A stretch of 64,000 nt of DNA. Source: Camelus ferus (lineage: Eukaryota). The notes below the pieces were generated by a model, which saw nothing but the letters and a program-made list of their open reading frames with translations, made no database searches and was not told where the DNA came from. Each line of letters opens with the position of its first letter. Positions within the stretch are counted from its first letter, which is position 1. The stretch is from contig NC_045714.1 of NCBI RefSeq assembly GCF_009834535.1, positions 8,370,001-8,434,000 on the forward strand. Reading direction: 5' to 3'. The translations under genes were made by a program, and so were the position numbers. Shown piece by piece: positions 11,721 through 24,117 of this stretch.

Positions 11721-14171
11721 GTCAAATACTTCAGGGCTGTGGTAGTTGCCAACCTTACATAAGATCAGGGGGAAAAGGGTGGAGGAATGGGAAATGGCCT
11801 TTAGTTAAGTAATGAACAGAGTCTGACTCACTGACTCTGTGTTCAGAATTATTCTGTCTTTGAAGCAGCAAGTTCTTTTTTTGTGTGTGCAAGGTCCTGA
11901 AGGGACAATTACTCATATGATAAAACGACTGTATGGTAATAACTCCGTAAATCAACTTTATTTGAGCACCAATGGTTTTATTGCTGGGCCTTTTCAAACG
12001 TCAGGAGGTGTCAACTTCTAAATTCTAGCCCAGCGTTCATTCTTCAAAACACAACTATTTTTGTAGGCCAAAAAAATAAAAAATAAAAAATGGAGGGGGG
12101 GGGGGAACTTCTAGAGACTCTCATTAGCTTTGAAGTCAGGCCAAGAAGTTGGCTTTCAGCAGCCAATGGAAAAAATCCACCGACATCCAGTGTGGAAATC
12201 TAGAAAGATTTGAGCTAAGTGAGGATCTGATTTGCATATACAGACATGAGAATTTGATTTTTATTTGGATAGTTTTCTGATTTCCTTCCAGGCCAGAGCT
12301 TTGGAAAAAGTTGTTCCTTATTCAGAATATGTGACTGCATCTGCACATTTTAATTTTGGGTATGAGGGGCATAATGAAAATCCAATTTCAGCGCTGTATT
12401 TTGGAACTAAATCTCCTTTGCTTGATGTCAGTAGGAGATATTGTATGTTGCATAAAGATGGCTAGGATGATTAACACAGACAATACACATTTCAGCAAAA
12501 GGTGTCACTTTTTTGCCTCTAATATGATACCATACTTATTCTTGAAATTTGGTTTATACAGTTCTTACTAGAACTGTGAGTTTTTCAAACAGATTTATAG
12601 CAAAATAGATTTCCTCCACTTCAACGACATCCATGACATGATCATATTGATATTAAAATTTTTTATTTTAGAATCTTTTTAAGATTCTTTTTGATTTGAT
12701 TTATAACATGATTACTTGATTGCAAAGACAGCGTAGAGATTTTATATTCCTACCCAGTGACTCATCCACATTCTTCCTCATTCACAGCCCCCTAGTATTG
12801 CTTTGGGGGAAAAAAAATCTTCCCTAACTTTAAGACTACGTGATTTGGATGAAGTTGGTTGAGCGGATGTAAGCCAATCACCATGGTCTCGCTCTTTGGC
12901 CAAATGAGTTCAGGGATGGGAGTATGTGGCAGAAAGTACTATTTTCCCAATTATTCACTCTGTGTGTCTTCCTCTGGAGAATGGAGCATGAGTGGATGTG
13001 ATGTAACCCTCGACTGAGTGGCTGTTTTTGAAGCCATTCCCTGGCCCACCCACGGTACTGTTTTCTCTGTGTCACTCCAGCTGCACATCCTTGTTGAAGG
13101 GGCTGCTTTTTCCATCTAGATCTTAGCAAGAAGAGGCCATGAGGATTACCCACAAGCCAACTTACAGCTTATATGCAGCATGAGTCAGGGGGGACAAAGA
13201 ATCTTTGCTGTTGGAAACCGCTGGAATGTGGGGCTTGGTTGTTACTGCAGCGCAACCTGGTGAATGCTGACTAATGGAGCACGTGAAAACACTTAAGTCA
13301 ATGAAAAAGAACAAATTCCAGGACACGTAGGGCTGCTGCTGGACCAGTCTTGCCTTTACTCGGCCCTGGGTTACGTGAAGTTGGGAAGCTGAGAGTGTAG
13401 CCAGGCCAGGAAGTCTGAGCCAAGGGAGAGCCCTGAATACAGATTCATCCGAAACCAATTCTACTTCCCGTTGATGAGCACCAGAAATTCCATTTTTTTA
13501 AAAATCCAGGTTGACTTGGGTTTTCTTTCACTTGCAACTGAGAAGTTTCTCACTAACAGAGAGAAACAGCAGAGACACCTGTTTTCTTTGATCTTATAGG
13601 TGGCACGGAAGGAAAGCTGTTTCCCCCCATTAGTTAGAACACTAACTAAATTAACCAGTGGACCAAACGTTTTCAGATTACAACAAAAGGACTCAATATT
13701 TCCTGTGGTCAGGATAGAGAGATTTTATTTCTGGTAGGACCAGAAGCTCACTCTAGGAAACGTGCCTAAACTTCCATGGGCTTACCTTATTTTTCTTTCC
13801 CTGAAAAATTTTGAAAAACGTTGAAATCCCTCTATCCTTTGCTCTGCACTGGCTGACAGACTGGTTTTAGAGACTTGTGGTAGGGAAATTTAACATCACA
13901 CTTTAGCCAGAAGCAGTTGCACGTGAAAGGACTCTTGTAATATGATTAATGACTCTGAATGGTCCTGTCCTGAAGGTCTAGAGTACTGTCCATTGTTTTG
14001 ACAAATGCCATCTCTCTTATCTGGGAAAAAGAAAATTAAACTAATTGTTTTCCCCACACCTTCACTCCACGTGGTCGCTGAGTGAGGTGTGTAACTTCCT
14101 GAGGAGATACAGTCACCGATCACAAGGAGGCACACACCTCCTGTCACAACTCCTGTGCACGGACATCACCG

Positions 14172-14465
14172 CAGGGGCGGCAAACCTCTCCTGCAAAGGG
14201 CTCTGCAGCTACTCAGCTCTGCCCCTGTAGCCGCAGAGCAGCCACCGACCGCGTACAAAGGAAGGGGAGTGTCTGTGTTATGATAAAACTGTATTCATAA
14301 ACACTGAAATTTGAATTTTGCATAATTTTCACAAATCACAAAATTTTTTCTTTTGATTTTTTTTTTCAATGATTCAAAATAAAAGAACCATTCTTAGCTC
14401 ATGGGCCATGCAAACACGGGTGATGGGCTGGATTTGGCCCGTGAGCCATAGTTTACCAACCCCTG
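14172..14465 (+). mobile_element. MER58B MITE
   Basis: TIRs caggggcggcaaac / gtttaccaacccctg; 8-nt TSD catcaccg / cataactg. Confidence 0.8.
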
Positions 14466-15198
14466 CATAACTGAATTCTTCCTGCGTTTCAGGCGCTGAA
14501 GTACGCACGTTATGGGCATCATTCAAGGAATTCTCACAAGGATCCTAAGGGGTAGGTAATATTATTATGGCCATTTAAGAGATGAGTAAACTGAGGTCCA
14601 AGAGGGAGCACAGCCTGGGGGTCATGGGGCCAAGATCACAGCTTTTGAGCCTCGTTCTTTCCAACTCATAGTCAGTTAGGAGCCGAAACGTTGAAACTTA
14701 AAAACAGAAATGTTATTTGGAGGGCTAGGCAATGTAAAGCAATTTCTTAAATGCTTCTGTATTTTCTTGACAAAATATTTTGCTTTCACTTGCATCTCAT
14801 CCAATTTTGTGTTATCTTTTGGTAGCAATCATTTAACTCTGACTCATGTTATATTTCTGTTTCAAATTTTATACTAGAAAATGACATGTTTTCTGTTTGC
14901 CTGCTAGAGATCACCTCTGCATTTTTGCACACGAGCTGCAAGAGACATGGGGTCCCTCAGAGAGACAACTACACAAAAAACTTCTGAAAAGAAGTTGTTC
15001 TTCAAAAAACTCGGAACCTCAAAACTGACAGATGCTTCAGATTTAACCTGAGGCTCTGACATTTAAAATTCCTGGGAAAAAGACTCATGGAGTCCCTCCT
15101 TGGTGGGTTGCTGAAATAGAGACTTAGACTCTCTAGAAAATAGCCAGTAAGTTTATGAGAATTTTCTGGAATTACAAGAGACCAGAGCTTTGTGAGCT

Positions 15199-15387
15199 NN
15201 NNNNNNNNNNNNNNNNNNNNNNNNNNNNNNNNNNNNNNNNNNNNNNNNNNNNNNNNNNNNNNNNNNNNNNNNNNNNNNNNNNNNNNNNNNNNNNNNNNNN
15301 NNNNNNNNNNNNNNNNNNNNNNNNNNNNNNNNNNNNNNNNNNNNNNNNNNNNNNNNNNNNNNNNNNNNNNNNNNNNNNNNNNNNNNN
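15199..15387. other. Assembly gap (189 N)
   Basis: Run of N. Confidence 0.99.
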
Positions 15388-16394
15388 CAGTAACAACAAA
15401 GCAGATTTCAAAGCTCCTTCTCCCACCGAGAATGACCACACAGCCATTCTAATTTTTATGCCACATCACAGACAATGTTTCTGGAACATATTTGGGTTTT
15501 CCATTTCTGCTCAGTTCCAGCAATTAAATACAAGTGGAAACACAAGCGCTACCCATGGCAAGCGAACAAGAGGCACCTAGGAAGAGCCAACATATTTTGC
15601 TTTGGCAAAATGGTAACCATCAGTTTCTATCTTAAGGAGCCATGGACTTCCTCATCCCGCTTATAACATTTTCCAAAGACCGTGCTTCGTTCAGAGCAGG
15701 AAGCGGCTGTTGTGGGTCTGAAACTCACGAGGCCAATTGATTCATCTCCCCAGAAGATGTTCTGGAATGACACATTTTGGTGGTCTCATAGGGAACCATC
15801 TCCTTCAGACGTGAGCGCACTGTCTTGAAAGTTTTGACCATCACTCTTGGGAATTAAAGGCCAAAAAGAGTGAGGTTCAACCTAGGTCTGTCAGCTGTCG
15901 ACCCACACAGTCGGCTCTCTGGCCCGAGACCAGCAGTCTCCCAGCATCTACTGCAGCAACATGCTCCCATGCCTGATGCGCCCACCTGTCCTGGGTACCA
16001 CCCACAGTTAGTGGAGAATCTGGGTTGCCATGGAAAGAAAGGCAAAAGAGCGATCAAAGTGGAATAGAGCAGAGGGCGCAGCATGATTGTCCCTTAAGGA
16101 CGTGAAGGTGATTTTACGTCTAGTAGACTCCTTCAGCCCTTAAACGGTAACAAATGTTAAAAATTTGCGCGCTCTGGTTTTGCATTTAGTTTGCGTCGAC
16201 TCAACGAGCCTTACAAATACCCATCCAAAGTTACCCCGCGATGGTCCCTAATCACGCAAAAGGGTGGAAGAGTCTGTAGGGGACGGATCACTCTTGGAGC
16301 ATGCAGGGACCCAGGACCCCAGAGCTGGCACGCCCCAGGCCCATCATGCCAGAGATGAGGATGGACTCATTCCGTCATTTAGCGCGTAACTTAC

Positions 16395-16436
16395 GTTCTC
16401 CTCTGCACCTGTGGGGACTGAATCCTCTTTAACTGA
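16395..16436 (-). CDS. BCAS1: BCAS1 exon, 42 nt SVKEDSVPTGAEEN
   Basis: Long poly-T tract + ccctttag|TCA, donor AAC|gtaagt; identical to recalled human peptide. Confidence 0.95.
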
Positions 16437-17539
16437 CTAAAGGGAAGATAAAAAAAAAAAAAAAAAGTAAGAGTCAGGATGTTACCAAAACCAGGGCTAA
16501 CAGCTTTCTGGTGCAATTCTTGGATATTGCTTTTGTATACTTTGTTCCAAGAAGAATTTGAAGGAGGTTTACACAAATATAAGAGCGTAGCAAGATAATA
16601 CAAATTATGTATTTTCAAAAGCAATAAAGGAAAAATAAACATACAGATGCAGCCAGGAGACCAGTGGAGTGAGGAGAGCGGCTGCTACAGAAAACACAAA
16701 CCACAGTCTTGGCTGTGGGCGAGGAACATGTTGTGTGGTAGCTGATGAAGAGAGGAAAGGATGTCAGTCACTCGATATAGTCACAGTTAGGTAAAGACAC
16801 GTGAGCTGCTCAGGAAAATTCTGGTAATAAATTCAGGGAAACTCATCCCCTGGTCCTCATAGAGCAAGCAGGCACAGATGTAAGAATCAGGGACCTCAGC
16901 CTTATCCTGACAGGAGGAAGGTGGCCAGCATCCAAAGCTGCTTCTTACATCAGCCTTCAGTGTGGGCCAGTGTCATCACGCCCAAGTGCAATTTGGTTAA
17001 AATACTTCCACGGAGGGCCAGAGGGCTGGGCTCCAGCACATCCAGCTTCAAACACTGTTGTTCCCTGAAGTCATTCTGGCATCTACCATCCGGCCCTCAA
17101 AGAGAAGAGGAGTTACCCAAATTCTGTCAAAAGCCAAGGTCACAATCATGATACCAGTTAGCCAAGCTCCAACTTGGGAGGTCATCTTTGCATATTTCCT
17201 GCAGTTGTTCTGAAACTTTTCGGGGTGGGCGGCGTTTACAGGCCACTTTGAGACTCCCCTGACAGAGCTGGACTCTCTTCCCAGAAAAGTAAACATAAGA
17301 TATTTTGCAAATAATTCCAGGGTGTTCATAGACCCTTGCATTTCTTCTCTTGGATTCCAGGATAAGGACTCATCTCCATCGGTTTTGTTCCATGTCCTGC
17401 CTTGATTTTTACCTTTAAAACGTGCAGTGAGGTGGGGAGGAGGGAACTCACAGTTACAAATGTATCTTCTCCATTTGGCAGTCTTGTTTCCTTCAGTGTC
17501 TGGCACGTGGAAGAGACAATCTGCTCAGAATCCAAGTCC

Positions 17540-17710
17540 AGAGCACCCTGGACTGGGCGGTCAGGTTCAAAGTCACTGTTTTAGCTGTGCAATCTTGGGC
17601 AAGTCAATTGTACCTCTCTGTGCCTCAGTTCACTGACTCAAAAGTGGGCTATTCGACTGTCTACCAAACATAGGGTTGTTCTACAGAATAAAGATAATAA
17701 AGCATGTGAT
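17540..17710 (+). mobile_element. MIR
   Basis: tagctgtgcaatcttgggcaagtca...ctctgtgcctcagtt core. Confidence 0.6.
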
Positions 17711-18130
17711 GGGAAAGTCACGGCTGAAGCAGAGCTGAGACGCACCTCCGTCTGGTGGCTGGGGTCGGGCCACACATCTCCTCCTGGTATGTACAGGAAG
17801 ACCTCAGTTTCCAGGGGAGTTGAGTTAGAGACTCTGGAAGGTGTGTGTATGCTGGGGAGGAACAACTTGAACCATGTTTGTAAAGAGGGTTTAGTTGTAC
17901 GTAGTCTTTTCTAGAAGTCAAGGTATATGGATGGAGCAGAAATAAAGATTTTAAGAAATGGACAACAGAAAGAATTCACCGATGGAAGGAGGACTCCAGG
18001 TGGACCGGCTACCTGCAGGGTCAGTTCTGGGTAGGATGCTGTGAGAGCAACTCAGGCCCGATCAGCTCCCCTGGAGTTGGCAGAAGGGGGCCATGTGGAT
18101 GCTGAGAGGGCGTCTGGTTAAGTGGTGTCC

Positions 18131-18176
18131 CTCTGTGCCCCACGCAGCTGCCCCTCTGTGCCCCACGCAGCTGCCC
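18131..18176. repeat. Perfect 23-bp tandem duplication (ctctgtgccccacgcagctgccc)x2
   Basis: Read directly. Confidence 0.95.
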
Positions 18177-19248
18177 CCGGAGCTGGGCATAACACAGGCT
18201 GCTTTCTCCTCCCTGCTTTGTAAGTGGCAGGTGGGCTCTGGCGGGCTTGTGAGGACATCAGTGATGTGTCGGGCCAGGTGGCAGGGATCTTCTCCTTGGT
18301 GGCTCTGGTGGCAGTGGTGTGGTCTGGCAGTGATCACCCACAGGGACATGTGGGGGCCTGGACTAATTCGTGACCATTTTTCTTAGCTTCCTAGAACTTT
18401 GAGTGGGATGAACATTGGTGCGGATTTTTGTTCATCAGTCTATGAAAACCGCTGATGTTAGTTTTGTATATGTAAAGCACTCAGCACAGGGGGGCCCGCA
18501 CAGAGCATGTGTTCAATTAATGGTAGCAGTTTCTGTGAATGCTGGGGAGCAGCGCCTTAAGCTATGCCTATGAGGCCTGTTTATGACTTTTCTTGACTCA
18601 TTCCACGTTGCTCTCGTAATTTCCTTACGTCTGGCCCAGACAGAGTTTGCCCCTGGATCCGTTATGAGCAGCATTTTTAACATTGCTCTTCGGTTATGTT
18701 CGGTTCCGGAAGCAGAATGGGCACAGGAGGACGCGGATCTCAGTTCCATCCTGATGAGCCGCTCCCTAGAGGACAGCAGCACACTGACCTCTGTAAAACA
18801 AAAATTCTGGGGCATCCTAGCTTCAGTCCATTGTGCCAGCGTTTTGAGATCTTGATCGTTTATATTGGGGATCACATTAACGAGCGAACCCAGCTTGCAA
18901 CCTTGATAAGGCTGCCTCGCAGGTCACTGACCAAACAGACTCTGAATGAGGAGGCCCGAGGCCAGATTCCAGAGAGCTGCGCAAAGACGGCTCCTTGCAT
19001 GTGGCTTTGACCCTTTACTATTCTTTGTTGGCCTGCGTCTCCCCATCCCGTGAATGTGCACTCGATGCACTTCCGCAGAACTGAAAAAAAGCAGCAGGAC
19101 TAACAAAGGTGATAATGGAAACCACCTGGACTCCAGGGCTGTATGCTAAGCAGTGGGTTAGTTTTTAACAATAGTGCTCCGTGTCTTCAAAACGGAAGCA
19201 GTTCTCCCCTCATTTCTAGGCCTCTGCTCCAACATCTATTAACTTCTC

Positions 19249-19338
19249 TTTTTTTTTTTTTTAATGGAGGTACCAGGGATGGAAGCCAGGACTTGTGCAT
19301 GCTAAGCATGCGCTCTAGCACTGAGCTAGACCCACTCC
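19249..19338 (-). mobile_element. tRNA-Ala-derived SINE (camelid vic-1-like), short form
   Basis: Reverse complement gives gggtctagctcagtgctagagcgcatgcttagcatgcac...tacctcca plus poly-A. Confidence 0.85.
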
Positions 19339-22089
19339 TGCTAAACATTCTCTCTTACTCTAAAACCATAGATTTCGAAGACTGAAGTGTGTCTCTATTC
19401 TCCTTCCAAGCTGACTGTGTCCTGGATCACACAGTACAGCATCCTGCGTCTCACATTTAATGTGTATTTGTAACTGGCTTGGCTTCCATGTTCAACACAC
19501 AATGACAGACGAAGTGGCCTCGGACAACTGCTTCCTTTTCTCCTCATCCTTTCCGCACAGAAGAACGCCTACGAGCTGAGGAACCAGCCACCCCAGATTC
19601 CAATTCCTCATTGCCCCTGCCGAGGGGTACGCGGTGATGGCTAACCTCTGGAGAGGAGAGAGGGCTGCCTCTTCCATGTCGGGAATGGGGTCCTGAAGGG
19701 AATTTCAAAGACGGGAAGGAAAATCGGACGGTGCTGCTGACAGAGCAGCTCACTTCAAAGTGAATGAGAGAGAATGATTCTCAAGTGCAAGGTCGACGTC
19801 TGCAGACCCAAAGGCATTTCTGAGGTTCTCAGGCCCTGCAGTCAGAGGAACGTGATGCGGCGCGGCGGCCGGTCAGGAGAAACACAGAGCGTGGGATTCT
19901 CATTCAGATCTCAAACCCAGAAACACTTTGATCTGTCTCGGTGAACTGTACATCTGGCTGTTATCTGGTGAGTCTAAAAACTGTCCGGTCTCATTAACAA
20001 CAGCAACAAAGACCCAGTTTGAAACCTAAAGGATCTTGTTTGGACATTTACATTGCTGAGAATAAAGCCGCGCAGTTATCATATAAACGTCACTGACAAG
20101 AGCGCCTCTCCAGTCAATTCTTAAAGGAATGCTGCTTTAACATGCTGTCACCTGGGAGCACTTAAGCCAGCAGGCACCCTGCTGCTAGCAGGTCTCCTGG
20201 AAGCACCATTTGGATCATGTGACCGCTGTTCCGCGTTCACTGATTGCACGGTGGACCTAAGACCTTTTCTATCAAGCCCAGATATTTCAGCCCACCTTCC
20301 AGGTGCCTCCATAATCGTCCAGCCATACGCCAGACTTTCTTAACCGAGATCCCTGTGGATTCAGGGATCAAACACAGGATTCGGGTTTTGAAACAAATAA
20401 CCCAGCTGAGTCAGAGGAATTTTTCATTTATTTTCCTACTCAGTTCTTCCTGGCTTCAGGGCTCGCATTATTTTTCTACTTCATCATTTGTCTCCCCCAA
20501 AGGAAAGCAGGAAAAGCACCATTTTAAAGATGCTCCAAACGTTATCATTTACTAATTGTGTGCACGCACATACGTGTACACATGCACATGTGCATGCATT
20601 CGTATGTATCTTGTTCCTCCAAATGGATTTCAGTCTTTTGATGTAGCAAGTAAGTCTTATACTTGTTTTGTACCATGGGTGCTGTTGGTACCAGAAGTCA
20701 CACATGGATATTTAGATCATAACCAGCCATGTCATACTTGAAGAAATGATGTTAACACCGTTCATTGAGCACTTACTATGTCTCAGACGCTTTCTATGTA
20801 AATTATTGGATTCTCATAACAACACTGTGAGATAAACATGGTCCCTACTTTACAGATAAGAAGATAAAGGCTCTAAGTGGTCAAATAATGTGTCTGAAGT
20901 TACAAAGCCCCATCTTTCTGATTCTGGCTATTAATGCAAACTTGCCACACACACGATTTTTTTTCAGATCATCTATTCTAATCGTTTCGCTCAACAAATG
21001 AGGAGAAAGAAACCCACAGTAAGTTACTTTTGTAAGGTCACACAGCAAATGGTATCTCAATTAACCCAGAAAAACAAACGGCATAGTTTGCCCGAGTAAC
21101 TGGATTTAAACTCTTTTTTGTCAAGCACAACAGAATTCAAAATTAATTTTCTCAAAGGTTATTTCTGTTATTTTTTGTTTACAATAAGAACCACTTCAGC
21201 CATCAAGACGAAGTCAAAATACCGTACAATTTCATATTGACAGCCTTTTAGGGGAAACATTAATTTCTGATGTTCATAATTGCAGACTTACAAACGTCAA
21301 AATTTGCTTGTTGAAAAGTTTCTCAATTAAAAGAGAAGAAAGAGAGCTTAGGGTCAGTTAGCGGAAATGTCAGAATTTTCAAGGGTTTCTCTTTGTTTCT
21401 CAAAATTTTTATAAGGATGGTGTTATAAGCAAAGCTTATTCTAATTTAAAGAAAAGAGCACAAAGACTGTCATTTTGTCTCCTACTGGGAGTAAGTGCCT
21501 CCAGGAGAATGTAAGTTATAAGAAGGCAGCAGTCCGTTCACTGACATTTCCTCAAAGCCTAGCACTTGGGGGACACACGCACCCCTTAGTACGAAGGAAG
21601 CGACTTACAATATTGCTAAATGAGTGACTCTCCCCATGTCACTTCTTTACAGAGCTTTTTCTTCTGATTGGGTGGAAGAAGGAAAGACAAGCTTTATAGG
21701 TGATGTGGTTTTCAGTTTCTCTTAACTTCATTATTTTTATGATCATCGAAAGAAATAAAGGCAGAGAATGGTGAAAAAAAAAAAAACAAAACAAAACTGA
21801 GAGACCGGAATAAACGAACTTCTGTCATCAGAGAGAGGAATGCCATGTGGTCCTGACTTTCCTTTTCAATGGGAATAGCTGGAATTTCAAAGAAACCAAT
21901 ATATCCTTTATCGACCATGAGATAAGATAAAATATTTGAGGTTTAGAAGCTTAAAAGCTTCCCCCAAGTGGATGGCACAGAAAGATGAAGTGGACGGGTT
22001 AATGCCTCAACCATCCTGGGCACACAGCAAATAAACGACGTTGGAGGAGAGATTTGCCCACGGGCCGCTGTTGTGGGAGCCCCAGTGTC

Positions 22090-22250
22090 CGGGGCTTCCC
22101 AGCATTACTTAATTTAACCCTCACTTCATTTCCATGACATAGGTACGATTATTATTTGCATCTCACAGATGAGGAAACTGAGGCTCATCCAGGTGGACTG
22201 GGACTCAAAGTGGGACCTGTCTGACTCCAGACTCTTAACCCTTATATCAG
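22090..22250 (-). mobile_element. MIR
   Basis: cacagatgaggaaactgaggctca core. Confidence 0.65.
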
Positions 22251-22329
22251 TGTTCCTCAAACTTCCGTCGTTTGCTGACCTCCTGTATCATTTTTGGTGC
22301 ACTGTACGCACTACTGGCATCCATTACTG

Positions 22330-22660
22330 TGTTGACGCTGAGGCCAAGCTGCTCCCAGGAAATGACTGAGCACAGAGGGTGCTAGACGGTTCTTTGTGCC
22401 CCATGCAGAACCCTCGCAGTGGGCAAGCCGTGCTCTGCGATTCCCCACCGGCTCAGCATCACCCTCAGTCTGAGGTTTTTCAGACCCTCTCTTCTTTCCC
22501 TCTCTCCCTTCACAGGTGTCAGGCCCTCAGTGTGGTCTGCAGCCTCTCTCCCCCTGCTCCTGCCCCCTCTTTACCCTCCACAGTCGGTTTCCTCCAATAA
22601 ATCTCCTGCACATCACTTCTGTCTTAGCTCCTGCCTTCTGAGAACACCAACTGACCATTA
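22330..22660 (+). mobile_element. ERVL LTR16-like solo LTR
   Basis: ccaataaatctcctgcac...ccttctgagaacaccaactgacca 3' end. Confidence 0.55.
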
Positions 22661-23940
22661 TTTACTTACTGTCAGTACCATTAATTATATAACACTTTCC
22701 TTTTAACTGGATTCCTTTTTAAACTAAAGACATGCGGTCTCTCTCACCGTGAGCAAAATACATATATTAAATCTTGAGTTCTTTGTGCCAGTTCTATTTT
22801 TCCCAATACACTTACATCTGTATATGATTATTTAAGTAAAAATATTTGAATGTGAGTCACTTAAGTCATCTCCTTTGCCACCAGTACATGCATGTAACTT
22901 ACTTAGAAACTGTTCCCTTCATTACATTGCCAATAAAATATTTTTTTGAAAAAACAAAAGGGTGGGGAAGGAGGATTAGAACAGAATGCCAAATGACATC
23001 ATCCAAAGTTTTCATGAAGTTTTGGAGTTTGTGTTCTGGGCAGAACCTACAAGGAAGATTTCTGGACAATACAAAACAAACAGGAAAAAGTTTTAGCAAC
23101 CCAGCTGGATTCTGGACATGAGAATAAACTAACACCACGGTGGCATGGATTTTATCACCTTCCTCACATTGTGTGCCAAGTGGCACGGATGCTTTGTCGA
23201 ACTGGCTAAATTAGATTTTTTCCTTTCTATGGATTACACCCCTGCCACCCCCAACTCCATCCTTGACTTCTCGCTCATCTTTTGACTACATTTAAAATGG
23301 CTCTGAACGTGTGTGGCAGCTGGGGTTTGTTCAGCAAGGATGATCAAGGAATAGCTCTCAGAATTACTCAGCCCCGCACACCCCGTTTCCTTGCTTGGCA
23401 ACTTAATTCTACAGGAGGAAAAAAATCAGGCAGTGGTTTGAGTTTTCCTATCACACAGCACACTGTGTGCTTGCCCTGATGGTGACCTGGCTGACACCTT
23501 GGTTTTCCAAAAGGAGAGAGAGACCTAGTGATTATCTCTGGCCAGGGGAGGAGAGAGAGAACCCAGAGTTGTTTCATCTCGCCAGGAGGAGAGAGCTCAG
23601 AAAAAACCAAGAGGAAACCAGAGTAATCCACCATTTTAGAAAGAAAACGAAATCACAAAATACCACGACCCCTCTGTGATGAACCAGAGTAATTCCAAGA
23701 ACGAAAAATTTACTTGTTCCATTTCCTTTTCTTTCCCACGAAACACATGTTTATCACAAGACAGGCATTTCATTTTTTTCCCAGGAGTGAGTTTAAAGTC
23801 TTCAACTCAGCGGCAAGCTGAGTCATTCTGGAGGAGAAGAAGCTCCACGCGCTGCTGAGTACACTGGTTGGTCCAACAGAAACCATTTCTCAAGTCATCC
23901 TAATCCCAAGGACTCTCCAAATCTTGAAGATAGGACTTAC

Positions 23941-24117
23941 CTTTTTCCAGAACAGTTTGCCCAGAGGCAGAGAGGTGGGCCCGCCCTTCTCCTTGGCTCC
24001 TTCCTTTGCTGCTTCAGTGGATGTAGAATTCTTGGCTGCCCCTTGGGGCTCCTGGGGCGTAACATGGGCTTGGTCTGACTTGATGTCGGCTGGAGTGGTG
24101 GGTGACTTTTCGGCATC
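23941..24117 (-). CDS. BCAS1: BCAS1 exon, 177 nt [15 protein letters not shown]...[13 protein letters not shown]
   Basis: Acceptor aactcctctag|GAT, donor AAG|gtaagt; the ORF track shows a different frame of this segment. Confidence 0.95.

Noticed and set aside
15002-15580. Long ORFs spanning N runs (also 37471-37942)
   Set aside because: Artefacts of translating through assembly gaps.
21609-21663. 55-nt pseudo-exon with a good pyrimidine tract
   Set aside because: In-frame TAG, frame-shifting length and weak ATT|gt donor; such sites are common by chance.
1022-23940. Three consecutive introns of similar length (7504, 7450, 7752 nt)
   Set aside because: No shared sequence seen and different repeat content; likely coincidence.
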